A DNA stretch of 64,000 nucleotides from an uncultured Gammaproteobacteria bacterium (GCA_903928015.1 CAIYPF010000034.1:13613-77612), one strand, 5' to 3'. Shown: positions 1 to 10,909, counted from the stretch's first letter. Translations and numbers: made by a program. The notes: generated from the letters alone by a model not told the origin.

Positions 1-628
1 CCGCAACAGCCGTCAGCGCGAATACAAGCAGCAAACCGAAAGGCAGCAGGCGCGCACCGGCAACGAAGAGCATGGCGACGGCCGTGCCGGCAATCACGAC
101 CGTGGCCCCGAAGTCGGGCTCCGAAAGCAGCAACACCGCAGTGAGCAGCAGGATGATCGTGGGTGCCGCCATCCCGCTCAGCTTGTCCGCGATATCGCGG
201 GGACGGCGCTGGATGTAGCTCGCGAGGTAGACGACAAAACAGAGCTTCATGACTTCGGAAGGTTGCAGGTTGAGCGCACTGAAACCGATCCAGCGCGTGG
301 CTCCGTTGCGCTCCCGACCGATTCCCGGGATGAGCACGAGGATCAGCAGGAGCAGGCCCGCCACAAGGAGCGGCTGGCTCGCCCGGCTCCACACGGCGAG
401 CGGGACGCGCGCGGTGATCGCCATCACCGCAAGGCCGGCGGACACATAAATGCCGTGGCGGATCAGGTGGTAGAACGGGTCGCCGTACTTCTCGGCGGCG
501 AAGTCCATCGATGCAGAACTCATCATCACGATGCCCGCAGCGGTGAGCGCGACGATCAGTCCGAGCAGCATCTCGTCTAGTTCCAGCCAGGGCGCGGGCG
601 GAGCGGAATCACGGCGGGTGGCCTGCAT
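1..628 (-). CDS. ftsW: Cell division peptidoglycan polymerase FtsW (partial, 3' end runs off window)
   Basis: Manual translation from ATG at 628: MQATRRDSAPPAPWLELDEMLLGLIVALTAAGIVMMSSASMDFAAEKYGDPFYHL..., with RWI, LQPSEVMK and EPDFG SEDS motifs; directly after murD. Confidence 0.93.
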   Translation of the reverse strand, partial: MQATRRDSAPPAPWLELDEMLLGLIVALTAAGIVMMSSASMDFAAEKYGDPFYHLIRHGIYVSAGLAVMAITARVPLAVWSRASQPLLVAGLLLLILVLIPGIGRERNGATRWIGFSALNLQPSEVMKLCFVVYLASYIQRRPRDIADKLSGMAAPTIILLLTAVLLLSEPDFGATVVIAGTAVAMLFVAGARLLPFGLLLVFALTAVA

Positions 629-629
629 G

Positions 630-2009
630 TCAGATCGCCTCCGCGCCGTGAAGCCCGCGGGCAGCGGCCGCGAAGGCCTCTCCCCTGTGCTCGTAGTTGC
701 GGAACATGTCGAAGCTCGCACAGGCCGGCGAAAGCAGTACCACGTCGCCGCCCTGCGCCAGTTCCGCAGCTCTTGCCACAGCCGAGTCGAGGTCCGTGCA
801 ATGCTCCACCGGACAGCTGCCCGCGACACCCTCGCCGATCAGCGCAGCGTCGCGGCCGATCAGGAGCAATGCACGGGCGCAAGACGAGAGTTCCGCCGCC
901 AGCGACGTGAAGTCGTACTCCTTGGCAATCCCTCCGGCGATCAGCACGACACGTCCCGGCGCCACCGGAGCGAGGCCACGCAGCGCCGCCACGGTGGCCG
1001 CCACGTTGGTGCCCTTGGAGTCATCGATGTAATCGACGCCAGCCACGCGAGCTACGGGCTGGCAGCGATGCGCCAACCCCTTGTAACTGCGCAGGACCTG
1101 CAGGCAGGCCTCACGCGGGATGCCGCCGGATTCGGCGATGGCCAGCGCAGCGAGTGCATTGGCAAGGTTGTGACGCCCGCGCAGCCCCAGTTCGCGGGCA
1201 GGCATCAGGCACTCGCTCCCGCAGGCCAGCCATTCCTCGCCAGCACGGGAAAGCAGGCCGTAATCGCGCTCTGCGGGCGCATCCAGGCCGAATGACACCT
1301 GGCAGCCAACCGGCGTTGCAGGGAACGTCAGGGGATCTGCGCGGTTGGACACGGCGACGCGGCAGCCCCGGAAAATGCGCTGCTTGGAGGCCGCATAGGC
1401 TTCCATGCCGGCGTAGCGGTCGAGATGATCGGGAGCCAGATTGAGGATGGCTCCGACGTCTGCGCGGAAATCGAGAAGGATGTCGAGCTGGAAGCTCGAC
1501 AGCTCCAGCACGTAAAGCGCAGCGCCGGCATCAAGCAGATCAAGCGCCGGGATGCCGAGATTCCCGCCGCAGCCCCCGGGAATCCCGGCAGCATTGGCCA
1601 TGAGTCCGACCAGAGTGGTCACAGTGCTCTTGGCGTTGGTCCCCGTGATGGCGAGGATCGGCGCCTTCGCCTCGCGCCAGAACAGTTCGATGTCGCCGCA
1701 GACACGCGCTCCACGCGCCGCTGCAGCCGCGATCTGCGGCAGGGCAGGATCGACGCCGGGGCTGAGGAGCACTTCGTCGGCGCTCTCGAGGAGTTCACCC
1801 TCAAAACCACCGGTCTGCAGCAGATGTCCGGGAAACTCTTGCCGGAAAGCATCGGCGAACGGCGGCTCGGCGCGGCTGTCGACTGCGTCGAAGGCATGAC
1901 CATGGCGGGCAAGCCAGGAAGCCAGCGAGTAGCCGGTCTTGCCCATGCCCACGACGAGGCGTCGCACGGTTGCGCCCTCCTCTCGTGTGCTGATCGCTGC
2001 CGCTGACAT
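630..2009 (-). CDS. murD: UDP-N-acetylmuramoyl-L-alanine--D-glutamate ligase
   Basis: GMGKTG, ITGTNAKSTV, ELSSFQL, DDSKGTN, LLSPACASFD motifs; dcw position. Confidence 0.97.
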   Translation of the reverse strand: MSAAAISTREEGATVRRLVVGMGKTGYSLASWLARHGHAFDAVDSRAEPPFADAFRQEFPGHLLQTGGFEGELLESADEVLLSPGVDPALPQIAAAAARGARVCGDIELFWREAKAPILAITGTNAKSTVTTLVGLMANAAGIPGGCGGNLGIPALDLLDAGAALYVLELSSFQLDILLDFRADVGAILNLAPDHLDRYAGMEAYAASKQRIFRGCRVAVSNRADPLTFPATPVGCQVSFGLDAPAERDYGLLSRAGEEWLACGSECLMPARELGLRGRHNLANALAALAIAESGGIPREACLQVLRSYKGLAHRCQPVARVAGVDYIDDSKGTNVAATVAALRGLAPVAPGRVVLIAGGIAKEYDFTSLAAELSSCARALLLIGRDAALIGEGVAGSCPVEHCTDLDSAVARAAELAQGGDVVLLSPACASFDMFRNYEHRGEAFAAAARGLHGAEAI

Positions 2010-2019
2010 CGGTTTTTCC

Positions 2020-3102
2020 TCAGCGCAGCTTCAGGGTGGCGAGGCCGAACAGCACCAGCACCACCGTGATGATCCAGAAGCGCACGATCACGCGCGGCTC
2101 CGGCCAGCCCTTGAGCTCGAAATGGTGGTGGATAGGTGCCATGCGGAAGATGCGCTTGCCAGTCGCCTTGAAGGAGGCGACCTGCAGGACCACGGAGAGG
2201 GTCTCCATTACGAAGACACCGCTCATGATGAAGAACACGATTTCGTGACGGACGATGACGGCGATGACGCCGAGCGCGGCTCCGAGGGCCAGCGCACCGA
2301 CATCGCCCATGAACACCATCGCCGGATAGGTGTTGAACCAGAGGAAGCCGAGACCAGCCCCCGTGAGCGCACCGCAGAACACCACCAGTTCGCCTGCACC
2401 GGGGATGTAGGGAATATGCAGATAGGGCGCGAACTCGGCGTTCCCCGCCAGATAGGCGATGACGGCCAGGGCAGCGCCGATCAGCACGCTCGGCATGATC
2501 GCGAGACCGTCGAGACCGTCGGTCAGATTGACGGCATTGCTGGATCCGACGATGACGAAGTACGCGAGCGGCACATAAAGCGCACCAAGCGGAAAGGCAA
2601 CGCTCTTCAGGAAAGGCACGATCAGTTGCGTCTCGGCCGGCGTGATCGATCCGGCGTAAAGATAGAGCGCCGCCGCCAGACCAGCCACCGACTGCCAGAA
2701 GTACTTCCAGCGCGCCGGCAGTCCGCGCGGATTCTTCTCTATGACCTTGCGGTAGTCATCGACCCAGCCGATGGCGCCGAAGGCTGCCGTGACCAGCATC
2801 ACGACCCACACGTAGCGATTGGAGAGGTCCGCCCAGAGAAGGGTGCTCGCGAGGATGCCGACCAGGATCAGGGCGCCGCCCATCGTGGGCGTGCCGGCCT
2901 TGCTGAGATGCGATTGCGGCCCGTCGTCGCGCACGGCCTGCCCTATCTGGTTTTCGACCAGCAGGCGGATCATCACGGGGCCCACCATCAGCGTGATCGC
3001 AAGCGACGTGAGCACGCTCAGGATTCCGCGGAAGGTGAGGTACTTGAACACCCCGAAGGCGCTCGCCCACCCGCTAAGCCAGTCAGCCAGCCACAGCAGC
3101 AT
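2020..3102 (-). CDS. mraY: Phospho-N-acetylmuramoyl-pentapeptide transferase
   Basis: Start set at ATG 3102 (MLLWLADWL) overlapping the murF stop; [32 protein letters not shown] motifs; 360 aa. Confidence 0.97.
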   Translation of the reverse strand: MLLWLADWLSGWASAFGVFKYLTFRGILSVLTSLAITLMVGPVMIRLLVENQIGQAVRDDGPQSHLSKAGTPTMGGALILVGILASTLLWADLSNRYVWVVMLVTAAFGAIGWVDDYRKVIEKNPRGLPARWKYFWQSVAGLAAALYLYAGSITPAETQLIVPFLKSVAFPLGALYVPLAYFVIVGSSNAVNLTDGLDGLAIMPSVLIGAALAVIAYLAGNAEFAPYLHIPYIPGAGELVVFCGALTGAGLGFLWFNTYPAMVFMGDVGALALGAALGVIAVIVRHEIVFFIMSGVFVMETLSVVLQVASFKATGKRIFRMAPIHHHFELKGWPEPRVIVRFWIITVVLVLFGLATLKLR

Positions 3103-4490
3103 CAGTGCGTTCCTGTACGGGCATGGCCCGGTGTTTTCAGAGTCAGCGCGTCGATCACGGCCTCCATGCCTGCGGAGCGCGAACCCTTCACGAGGATCAC
3201 GCTCTCCGGGGTGTCGCAACCGAGCAACGCTCCTGCGAGTTCCTCGCGGGAGCCATACACCTGCGCTTCGCAGCCGAAGCCCTCCGCAAGGTGAATGGCG
3301 TTAGGACCGGTGGCGAAGAGGCGGTTGATTCCCTGCTGCCGGGCGTGCTGACCCGTGCTGCGGTGAAGTGCAGCCGCGTCGGCGCCGAGCTCTGCCATGT
3401 TCCCGAGCACAAGCACGCGCAGGCCGCCGAATCCGGCCAGCGTGTCGATCGCCGCACGCACGGAACCGGGGTTGGCGTTGTAGGTGTCGTCGATAAGCAG
3501 TGCGCCGCCATCGCCCCGGCGACGCTGCATACGGCCCGCCGGCGCCTCGATGCCTGCCAGTGCATCGGCCATTTCCCGGGCTCGCAGCCCGAGCGCATGT
3601 CCCACTGCCGCGGCGGCCAGTGCATTGGCTACTTGCTGGACGCCGGGTATCGCGAGATGGATGTGCCGGGATTCGCCCGGCAACTCCAGGAGGAATTCAG
3701 CGCAGCCGTCGAGCAATCGGACATTGCTTGCGCGGACGTCCGCAGCGGGCGAGCCGCTTGCGCTGAAACGCAGCATGCGCCGCTGTCCGACGAGCTCCGC
3801 CCAGTAACCGGCGAAATCATCGTCGGCATTCAGCACTGCGACGCCATCACGCGGAAGCGCCTCGAAGATGGCACCCTTGGTGCGCGCCACTTCCTCGAGG
3901 CTGCCCAGCCGCTCGAGGTGCGCGGGCAATGCATTCGTAAGCAGCGCGACCTGAGGGCTCGCGATTCCTGCGAGGTATGCAATGTCCCCCGGTTTTCCCG
4001 CTCCCATCTCGATGACGGCGTAACGGTGCGACTGCTCGAGCCGGAACAGCGTGAGCGGCACGCCGATCTCGTTGTTCAGGTTGCCACGCGTGGCCAGCAC
4101 CGGGCCGGCGGTGCCGAGGATCGCGGCGATCATTTCCTTGGTGGTTGTCTTCCCCGCGCTGCCGGTGAGAGCCACCACCGAACCTGTGAAAAGACTACGG
4201 TGCAAGGCGCCGATGGCACCGAGCGCGAGTTCGGTGTCGGGTACATGCAGCGCCGGAACCGACGTCGGGACAGCGCGCGAGCACACCAGCGCGACGGCAC
4301 CGTGTCGCTCGGCCTCGACTACGTGGTCATGCGCATCGAAGCGCTCGCCGCGCAACGCGACGAACAATTCGCCAGACGACACCGTGCGCGAGTCCGTGGA
4401 GATTCCCGCAACCTGCACGCCGGCACAGGCATCGGGAACAGCCGCGCCGATCGCCCTGCCGATCTCTCCCAGCGACAGCGGGCGAATCAC
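3102..4490 (-). CDS. murF: UDP-MurNAc-tripeptide--D-Ala-D-Ala ligase
   Basis: [35 protein letters not shown] motifs. Confidence 0.97.
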   Translation of the reverse strand: MIRPLSLGEIGRAIGAAVPDACAGVQVAGISTDSRTVSSGELFVALRGERFDAHDHVVEAERHGAVALVCSRAVPTSVPALHVPDTELALGAIGALHRSLFTGSVVALTGSAGKTTTKEMIAAILGTAGPVLATRGNLNNEIGVPLTLFRLEQSHRYAVIEMGAGKPGDIAYLAGIASPQVALLTNALPAHLERLGSLEEVARTKGAIFEALPRDGVAVLNADDDFAGYWAELVGQRRMLRFSASGSPAADVRASNVRLLDGCAEFLLELPGESRHIHLAIPGVQQVANALAAAAVGHALGLRAREMADALAGIEAPAGRMQRRRGDGGALLIDDTYNANPGSVRAAIDTLAGFGGLRVLVLGNMAELGADAAALHRSTGQHARQQGINRLFATGPNAIHLAEGFGCEAQVYGSREELAGALLGCDTPESVILVKGSRSAGMEAVIDALTLKTPGHARTGTH

Positions 4491-5971
4491 GGAGCCCCCC
4501 TGCGCGCGGCAAGCGCCTCGCGCGCCACGGCGCTGTCACTGAAGGGGCTGCGCACCCCGGCGGTTTCCTGATAGTTCTCGTGTCCCTTTCCGGCGATCAG
4601 CACGCAATCGGCCGGAGCCGCATCGCGGATGGCGCTGAAAATGGCGGCACGCCGGTCAGCTTCCCGAATCACGCCCGGATCGGGAATCCCGGCGCAGATC
4701 CCCTCGATAATGGAGAGCGGATCCTCGCTGCGCGGGTTGTCGCTGGTGACGACGATCTCGTCGGCATGCTCCCGGGCGAGTCTGCCCATCAGCGGGCGTT
4801 TGCTGCGATCGCGATCACCGCCGCAACCGAAGACGCACCATAGCCGGCCGCGGCAGTGCAGCCTGAGCGCACGCAGGCTCTGCTCCAGCGCATCCGGCGT
4901 GTGCGCGTAGTCGACGATCACGAGCGGAGCGGCTCCGATGCGCTCCATGCGGCCGGCAACGGGAACCACTTTTGCGAGCGACGAGAGCGCCACGTCTAGC
5001 GGAATCTCCCGCGCCAGCAGCGCACCGATCACCGCGAGCGCGTTCTCCAGATTGAAGCGCCCGATCAGCGGAAGGAGCAAATCACCCTCTTCTCCACGCG
5101 CCAGGATACGGGCACGGATGCCCTCGGCGCGGAACTCGACGTCCGTCGCGCGGATGTCGGCAGGCCCCTGGCCCACGGTGTAGCCGATGCGCTCCACCGA
5201 TGCAGGGATCGATGCATGGATGTTGCGCCCGAAGGGGTCATCCAGATTCACCACGGCATGGCGCAGTCCCGCGTGGCTGAACAGTTTTGCCTTGGCCGCG
5301 CCGTAGGCCTCGATGCTGCCGTGGAAATCGAGATGGTCATGCGTGAGATTGGTGAATACGGCCGTGTCGACATGCAGTGACGCGATCCGATCCTGCGCGA
5401 GCGCGTGGGAGGAGACCTCCATCGCAACGGCGCTCGCACCCTCTTGCCGCAGCCCTGCGAGCAGCCGCTGCAGCGTCACGGCATCCGGTGTGGTGTGCGT
5501 GGTATCGCGGAGCTGGCCGGGGAATCCGGAGCCCAGCGTGCCGATGACGCCACAGTGCGTCCCGGCGAAGCCCAGCGCTTGCGCTATCAGTTGCGTGGTG
5601 GTTGTCTTGCCGTTGGTACCCGTGACGCCGATCAGCCCCATGGCGAGCGAGGGGTCACCGTAAAAAGCCGAGGCGATGGCGCCTGCCAGCGCCGCCAGTC
5701 CCTGCACCGGCACCAGCGGCAGCAGTGCCTCCGAAGGCAGCTCCCGGCCCGCCTCCACCAACACGGCGACCGCGCCCCGGGCACACACTTCGGCCAGATG
5801 ATCCAGCCCATCGTGGCGAGCCCCCCTGAGGGCGATGAACGCATCGCCCGGCTGCACTGCCCGGCTGTCGGAGCACACGCCGCCCACCTCAATACCCGCG
5901 AAAGCGTCAGCCACGTCGAGGAATGCGCCCAAAGTCAGACACGAGGGTCCGGTACAAGCCTGGGCGTTCAT
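4487..5971 (-). CDS. murE: UDP-MurNAc-L-Ala-D-Glu--meso-DAP ligase
   Basis: TGTNGKTT, MEVSSH, DYAHTPD, DNPR (mDAP specificity), AGKGHE. Confidence 0.97.
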   Translation of the reverse strand: MNAQACTGPSCLTLGAFLDVADAFAGIEVGGVCSDSRAVQPGDAFIALRGARHDGLDHLAEVCARGAVAVLVEAGRELPSEALLPLVPVQGLAALAGAIASAFYGDPSLAMGLIGVTGTNGKTTTTQLIAQALGFAGTHCGVIGTLGSGFPGQLRDTTHTTPDAVTLQRLLAGLRQEGASAVAMEVSSHALAQDRIASLHVDTAVFTNLTHDHLDFHGSIEAYGAAKAKLFSHAGLRHAVVNLDDPFGRNIHASIPASVERIGYTVGQGPADIRATDVEFRAEGIRARILARGEEGDLLLPLIGRFNLENALAVIGALLAREIPLDVALSSLAKVVPVAGRMERIGAAPLVIVDYAHTPDALEQSLRALRLHCRGRLWCVFGCGGDRDRSKRPLMGRLAREHADEIVVTSDNPRSEDPLSIIEGICAGIPDPGVIREADRRAAIFSAIRDAAPADCVLIAGKGHENYQETAGVRSPFSDSAVAREALAARRGAP

Positions 5972-7698
5972 GTGGGCGCTCCCGGCACTGCACGCTCAGC
6001 CACCTGGAGTTGCGGGAGATCGTCGGGAGGGACGTTCAGCAGCCGCAGCGCACCGCGGACCACCGAGGAGAAAACCGGGGCCGCGACAGCCCCGCCGTAG
6101 TAGACACCGCCGCGCGGATCGGTGATGACCACAACGCCGACAATGCGCGGATCCCTGGCGGGGGCAAAACCCGCGAAGAGCGACTGGTAGCGATCAGCTT
6201 TGTAGCCGTCCTTGCCACCAGAGCGGTGGACCGTGCCGGTTTTTCCGGCCACCCGGTATCCGGGAATGGCGGCTTTTAGCGCCGTGCCACCCTTCTGCGT
6301 AACGGTCTCCAGCATGGCGACAATCTGGGCGACACGATCAGCGGGAAACACCTGCGTGGCCGGCGGAACTTCCGTCACCTTAAGTATCTTCACGGGCCGT
6401 GATTTGCCCCCGTTCGCAAGCATCAGATAAGCGCGCGCAAGCTGCAGCGGCGTCACTGAAACCCCGTAGCCGAAGGCGAAGGTGGCGCGAGTGAGATCGT
6501 CCCAGCGCCGAGGCGAAGGAAATGTGCCCGAGACCTCTCCTTTCAGTCCTTCGCCCGCGATCCGGTCGAAACCGGCCCGGCGGAAATTTTCGTGTATGTC
6601 CTCGGGATTGAGGCTCAACGCGAGCTTGGTGGTTCCTACCTGGCTCGATTTGGTGATGATCGTGGTAACAGGGATCACGCCCAGGCTGTTGTGGTCCCTG
6701 AACGTCTTGCGCCCGACGCGGATGTAGCCGGGCGTGGTGTCGACAAGGGTTTCGGGGGTGTACTTCCCGCTCTCCAGCGCCGTCATGACGGTGAGCGGCT
6801 TCACCGTCGAGCCCGGTTCCGTGGTGTCCGTGACAACGCGGTTGCGCATGGCGTCGCGAACTGCCGCGCCGCGGTTGTTGGGGTTGTACGAGGGAAAGTT
6901 AGTCATGGCGAGGATCTCGCCCGTGCGGGAATCGAGCAGGACGATGCTCCCCGACTCTGCTCCGAGCGCCTCAACCGTCTTTTTCAGCTCCCGGTAGGCG
7001 AGATACTGGATGCGGAGGTCGATGCTGAGGTCGAGGGCTTGGCCGGGGCGCGCAGGCTCGAGTTCCTGGACGTCGCGTATCACATGGCTGTAGCGATCCT
7101 TGATTACCCGCTTGCGCCCGGGGACGCTTTTCAGCCAGCCCTCATATGTCGCTTCGATGCCTTCCTGGCCATGGTCATCGATATTGGTCAGGCCCACGAC
7201 ATGTGCAGCGACGGGGCCTGCAGGATAGAAGCGCTGGTATTCGCGCCTGCTGGTGATACCCGGGATCTTCAGGTCCATCACCTGCTTGGCGGCGTCGGGG
7301 TTCATGTGTCGGCGGAGATAGACGAATTGACGCGAGGAGTTCGCCGCCATCTTTTGCCTGAGCTCGTCCACGGGCGTTCCCAGCGCCTGCGCCAGGCGCA
7401 GCCAGTCAGCGTCCTTGATGACAAATTCCTGCGGATTGGCTGAAAGCGACTCCACCGGGGTGCTCACCGCAAGGGGTTCGCCGTTGCGATCGCTGATGAT
7501 TCCGCGATGCACGGGGATCAGCTCATCGCGCAGTGCCCTGGCGTCGCCCTGATCCTGCAGGAACTGGTAGCCGCGCTCGGTGTCGAGCAACTGCAGCGAT
7601 ACCAGCCGCCAGACGAGCAGCAGGGCCAAAGCGACGAGCAGAACCACCACCAGCATGAATCGCCAGTCGTGGAAGCTGGAGGTTTCTCGCGACTTCAC
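5968..7698 (-). CDS. ftsI: Penicillin-binding protein 3 (division transpeptidase)
   Basis: N-terminal TM; RGIISDRNG; SxxK (EPGSTVKP); KTG (AGKTGT); SxN position reads SSQ. Confidence 0.95.
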   Translation of the reverse strand: MKSRETSSFHDWRFMLVVVLLVALALLLVWRLVSLQLLDTERGYQFLQDQGDARALRDELIPVHRGIISDRNGEPLAVSTPVESLSANPQEFVIKDADWLRLAQALGTPVDELRQKMAANSSRQFVYLRRHMNPDAAKQVMDLKIPGITSRREYQRFYPAGPVAAHVVGLTNIDDHGQEGIEATYEGWLKSVPGRKRVIKDRYSHVIRDVQELEPARPGQALDLSIDLRIQYLAYRELKKTVEALGAESGSIVLLDSRTGEILAMTNFPSYNPNNRGAAVRDAMRNRVVTDTTEPGSTVKPLTVMTALESGKYTPETLVDTTPGYIRVGRKTFRDHNSLGVIPVTTIITKSSQVGTTKLALSLNPEDIHENFRRAGFDRIAGEGLKGEVSGTFPSPRRWDDLTRATFAFGYGVSVTPLQLARAYLMLANGGKSRPVKILKVTEVPPATQVFPADRVAQIVAMLETVTQKGGTALKAAIPGYRVAGKTGTVHRSGGKDGYKADRYQSLFAGFAPARDPRIVGVVVITDPRGGVYYGGAVAAPVFSSVVRGALRLLNVPPDDLPQLQVAERAVPGAPT

Positions 7699-8006
7699 TC
7701 GACCACCATCGGGTGCATGTCACCCTCGGGGAGCGTCATCTGCAGTTGCTGGTCGGCGATCTGCTCGACGCGTGCGTGGGACGAAAGCGTGCTGCGCTCG
7801 AGCAGCAACTGACGCCACTCGATCTGGATATCGTTCTGCTCGCCACGCGCCTGTTCCAATTCGCGGAACAGCTCCCTCGAACGGTGCGCCGTGTAGATGA
7901 CACCGATGGCGGAGACGATCACGACCACGAGCAGCGCAAGCGTGAAAAGCGGCGTCCGCGCGCCGCGCACGGAGTGAGGAGCAGACTCGGCCCTGCGATC
8001 AGCCAC
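7695..8006 (-). CDS. ftsL: Cell division protein FtsL
   Basis: Probable GTG start at 8006 overlapping the rsmH end; one TM then coiled coil (EWRQLLLERSTL...RVEQIA); between rsmH and ftsI. Confidence 0.9.
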   Translation of the reverse strand: MADRRAESAPHSVRGARTPLFTLALLVVVIVSAIGVIYTAHRSRELFRELEQARGEQNDIQIEWRQLLLERSTLSSHARVEQIADQQLQMTLPEGDMHPMVVE

Positions 8007-8928
8007 GGGACGCTCCACGCGAAGCCAGACGCTCGGCAACGCGCATGACGGCGCTGCGAGCGCGGGGGTTGTCATGCAGCTCTGCATCGCCTGCGCGGAT
8101 CGCCCTGCCGATTGCGCGTAACCGGGGCTGCATTGCCTCAGGCAGACCGGGAATGCCGGGCTCACGGGCGTTGTCGCGAATGAATCGTTTGACCAAGCGG
8201 TCTTCAAGCGAATGGAAGCTGATCACCACCAGACGACCACCGGGAAGCAAGGCATCACAAGCCTGCCGCAGCACGGCCGCCAGGGCATCGAGTTCGGAAT
8301 TGATAAAAATCCGGATGGCCTGGAACGGTCTGGTTGCGGGGTGCTTGTCTCGCTCCCAGGCGGGATTGGCCTGCGTGACTATGTCAGCGAGGCGCGCCGT
8401 GGTGTCGATAGGCGCGAGCTTGCGCTCGCGAACGATCGCTGCAGCCATGCGCCGGGCAAATCGCTCTTCCCCAAACTCCCGCAGGACATGCTCGATGTCC
8501 GCCTCTTTGGCGTGCGCCAGCCACTGGGCCGCACTCGGCCCGTTGCCCGGGTCCATGCGCATGTCGAGGGGGCCATCACGCAGAAAGCTGAACCCCCGGG
8601 CGGGATCGTCCAACTGGGGTGATGACACGCCGAGATCGAGCAGGATTCCGTGGACGCCACCGGAAAAACCGTGCTCGCCGAGTGCGCGCTCAAGGCAATC
8701 GAAGCGCGACTGTTCGAAGCAGATTCGGGCGTCAGCTGCAAAAGCAGCCTTGCCATGAGCGATCGCCTCGGGATCCCGGTCGATCGCCAGCAAGCGACCG
8801 CCGGCAGTGAGCCGCTCCAGCAGTGCGCCGGAGTGTCCGCCACGACCAAAGGTGGCATCAACGTATCGTCCCGCGGGATCGGTCACGAGATACTCCATGG
8901 CCTCCTGCAGCAAAACCGGCTTGTGCAT
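7999..8928 (-). CDS. rsmH: 16S rRNA m4C1402 methyltransferase
   Basis: HKPVLLQE, DATFGRGGHS, DLGVSSPQLD, ISFHSLEDR, NPRARSA. Confidence 0.97.
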   Translation of the reverse strand: MHKPVLLQEAMEYLVTDPAGRYVDATFGRGGHSGALLERLTAGGRLLAIDRDPEAIAHGKAAFAADARICFEQSRFDCLERALGEHGFSGGVHGILLDLGVSSPQLDDPARGFSFLRDGPLDMRMDPGNGPSAAQWLAHAKEADIEHVLREFGEERFARRMAAAIVRERKLAPIDTTARLADIVTQANPAWERDKHPATRPFQAIRIFINSELDALAAVLRQACDALLPGGRLVVISFHSLEDRLVKRFIRDNAREPGIPGLPEAMQPRLRAIGRAIRAGDAELHDNPRARSAVMRVAERLASRGASRG

Positions 8929-8955
8929 ATCGCCCCATTTGAGAGAGAGCTGCGC

Positions 8956-9411
8956 TCAGAGCGCCAGCCGCCGCATTTCCTCGGGCATCGCGCCATCCCC
9001 GGCAGCCAGTTCGAGCCACTTGTCGCGCTCGGCAAGCCAGGTGTCCTCGTCCCATAACTCCATCTTGTTTCCCTGGCCCACCAGCACAGCTCGCTTGTCG
9101 AGGTTCGCGTACTCGCGCAGGGCCGGCGGCACAAGCATCCGTCCGCTCGCATCACACTCCAGATCGCTGGCATAACCGATGAGCAGCCGCTGGAAGCGGC
9201 GCACCACGGGATCGAGGGTCGGTAACTGCTGGATCTGGGTCTGGAGTTCTTCCCAGACCGGCAGGGGGTAGAGCAGAAGGCAGCGGCTCTGGGTATCGAT
9301 CGTGGCCACGAGTTCACCGTCGCACTGCGACTGCAGCCGCTCGCGCTGACGAGCGGGCATGGCAAGACGCCCCTTGGCGTCGATGCTCAGATGATGGACA
9401 CCACGAAACAC
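8956..9411 (-). CDS. mraZ: Division/cell wall cluster transcriptional repressor MraZ
   Basis: MFRG..DAKGR and DASGR (two DxxxR motifs); first gene of the dcw cluster. Confidence 0.97.
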   Translation of the reverse strand: MFRGVHHLSIDAKGRLAMPARQRERLQSQCDGELVATIDTQSRCLLLYPLPVWEELQTQIQQLPTLDPVVRRFQRLLIGYASDLECDASGRMLVPPALREYANLDKRAVLVGQGNKMELWDEDTWLAERDKWLELAAGDGAMPEEMRRLAL

Positions 9412-9454
9412 GTTGGCTTGCTTCCCCAGAACTGGGATTTGGCGGCTTGATTAG

Positions 9455-9490
9455 CCACTTTTATCCACTTTGACCCACTTTTCGACACTA
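9455..9490 (-). promoter_or_regulatory. MraZ operator: phased direct repeats AAGTGG x3 plus a degenerate fourth
   Basis: CCACTT on + at 9455, 9465 and 9475 and ACACTA at 9485, an exact 10-bp period; matches known GTGG-type MraZ boxes. Confidence 0.85.
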
Positions 9491-9516
9491 TATGGATGCG
9501 GCAAACACAGTGTCAA
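9487..9516 (-). promoter_or_regulatory. Sigma70 promoter of the mraZ/dcw operon
   Basis: TTGACA (9516-9511), 18 nt, TATAGT (9492-9487). Confidence 0.75.
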
Positions 9517-9705
9517 GCCGCGGCAGCAGCCGATTTTGATTTATAAAACAATGAGATAGAGACTGCTCAGCGAGGGCGCACAATCCAGCCTGGCCACATG
9601 GCGACCCAGAACATGAGACTGCACGGAGAACTTAAAGTAAGTTGTGACTACCTAGAATATTTTGAGACTTGATGAAGCCTTATTTATTCTCAATAGTTAT
9701 AAAGT

Positions 9706-10057
<352 letters not shown>

Positions 10058-10069
10058 CCGCGGAGTATA

Positions 10070-10909
10070 TCAGTGCGGCTCCACCACATCTCGCAGCGCG
10101 AGCGCCTGCCTGTACAGGGCATTGCGGGGCAGGCCGCTGATTTCAACCGCACAATCCACGGCCTCGCTGAGCGACAACCGCGGCATCAATGACCGTAAAA
10201 GCCTGTCACTGTCGATGGCAGTGCGATCGGGAACTTCTTCGGCGCCATGGACCAGCACCACAATCTCCCCCAATTGCTGCTCAGGGTCAGCTGCTATGCG
10301 CGAGCGCAATTCGGCAATGCTGCCCGACAGCAAGGTCTCGTGGATTTTGGTGAGCTCGCGCGCAAGTACCGCCTGGCGGTCCGATCCGAACACAGCCTGC
10401 AGATCCTCGAACAGTGCGAGTACGCGACGCGGCGACTCATAAAACACGAGGGTGCGCTGCTCCGCGGACAGCGCCTCCAGGCGGGCTTTCCTTGCTGACT
10501 CCCGGGCCGGCAGAAACCCCTCGAAGGCGAAACGATCCGAGGGCAAGCCTGCGATGCTGAGGGCGGCAATCGCGGCGCAAGGACCAGGCACGCAGACCAC
10601 ATCCACACCCGCCTGCCTCGCCGCCCTGACAAGGCGGAATCCCGGATCGGAAATGAGAGGTGTGCCCGCATCCGCAACCAGCGCGACACTGCGTCCACGC
10701 TGCAGTTCAGCAAGAAGTTCGCACTCGCGACGATCGTCGCTGTGGTCATGATAGGCGAGCAAAGGCCTCGACAGTCCCAGATGACTTAGGAGCGCCCGGC
10801 AGCGGCGGGTATCCTCAGCCGCCACGATGTCCGCGCTCGCGAGCACGTCTATGGCGCGGCGAGTGATGTCACCGAGGTTACCGATCGGTGTTGCGACGAT
10901 GTAGAGCAT
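10070..10909 (-). CDS. rsmI: 16S rRNA Cm1402 2'-O-methyltransferase
   Basis: Start at MLYIVATPIGNLGDIT; AEDTR, DAGTPLISDPG, FYESPRR, ARELTKIHE. Confidence 0.96.
   Translation of the reverse strand: MLYIVATPIGNLGDITRRAIDVLASADIVAAEDTRRCRALLSHLGLSRPLLAYHDHSDDRRECELLAELQRGRSVALVADAGTPLISDPGFRLVRAARQAGVDVVCVPGPCAAIAALSIAGLPSDRFAFEGFLPARESARKARLEALSAEQRTLVFYESPRRVLALFEDLQAVFGSDRQAVLARELTKIHETLLSGSIAELRSRIAADPEQQLGEIVVLVHGAEEVPDRTAIDSDRLLRSLMPRLSLSEAVDCAVEISGLPRNALYRQALALRDVVEPH

Noticed and set aside
9455-9490. Short periodic repeats considered as CRISPR or iterons
   Set aside because: They are 6-bp units at a 10-bp period with no spacers or cas genes, and fit MraZ boxes.
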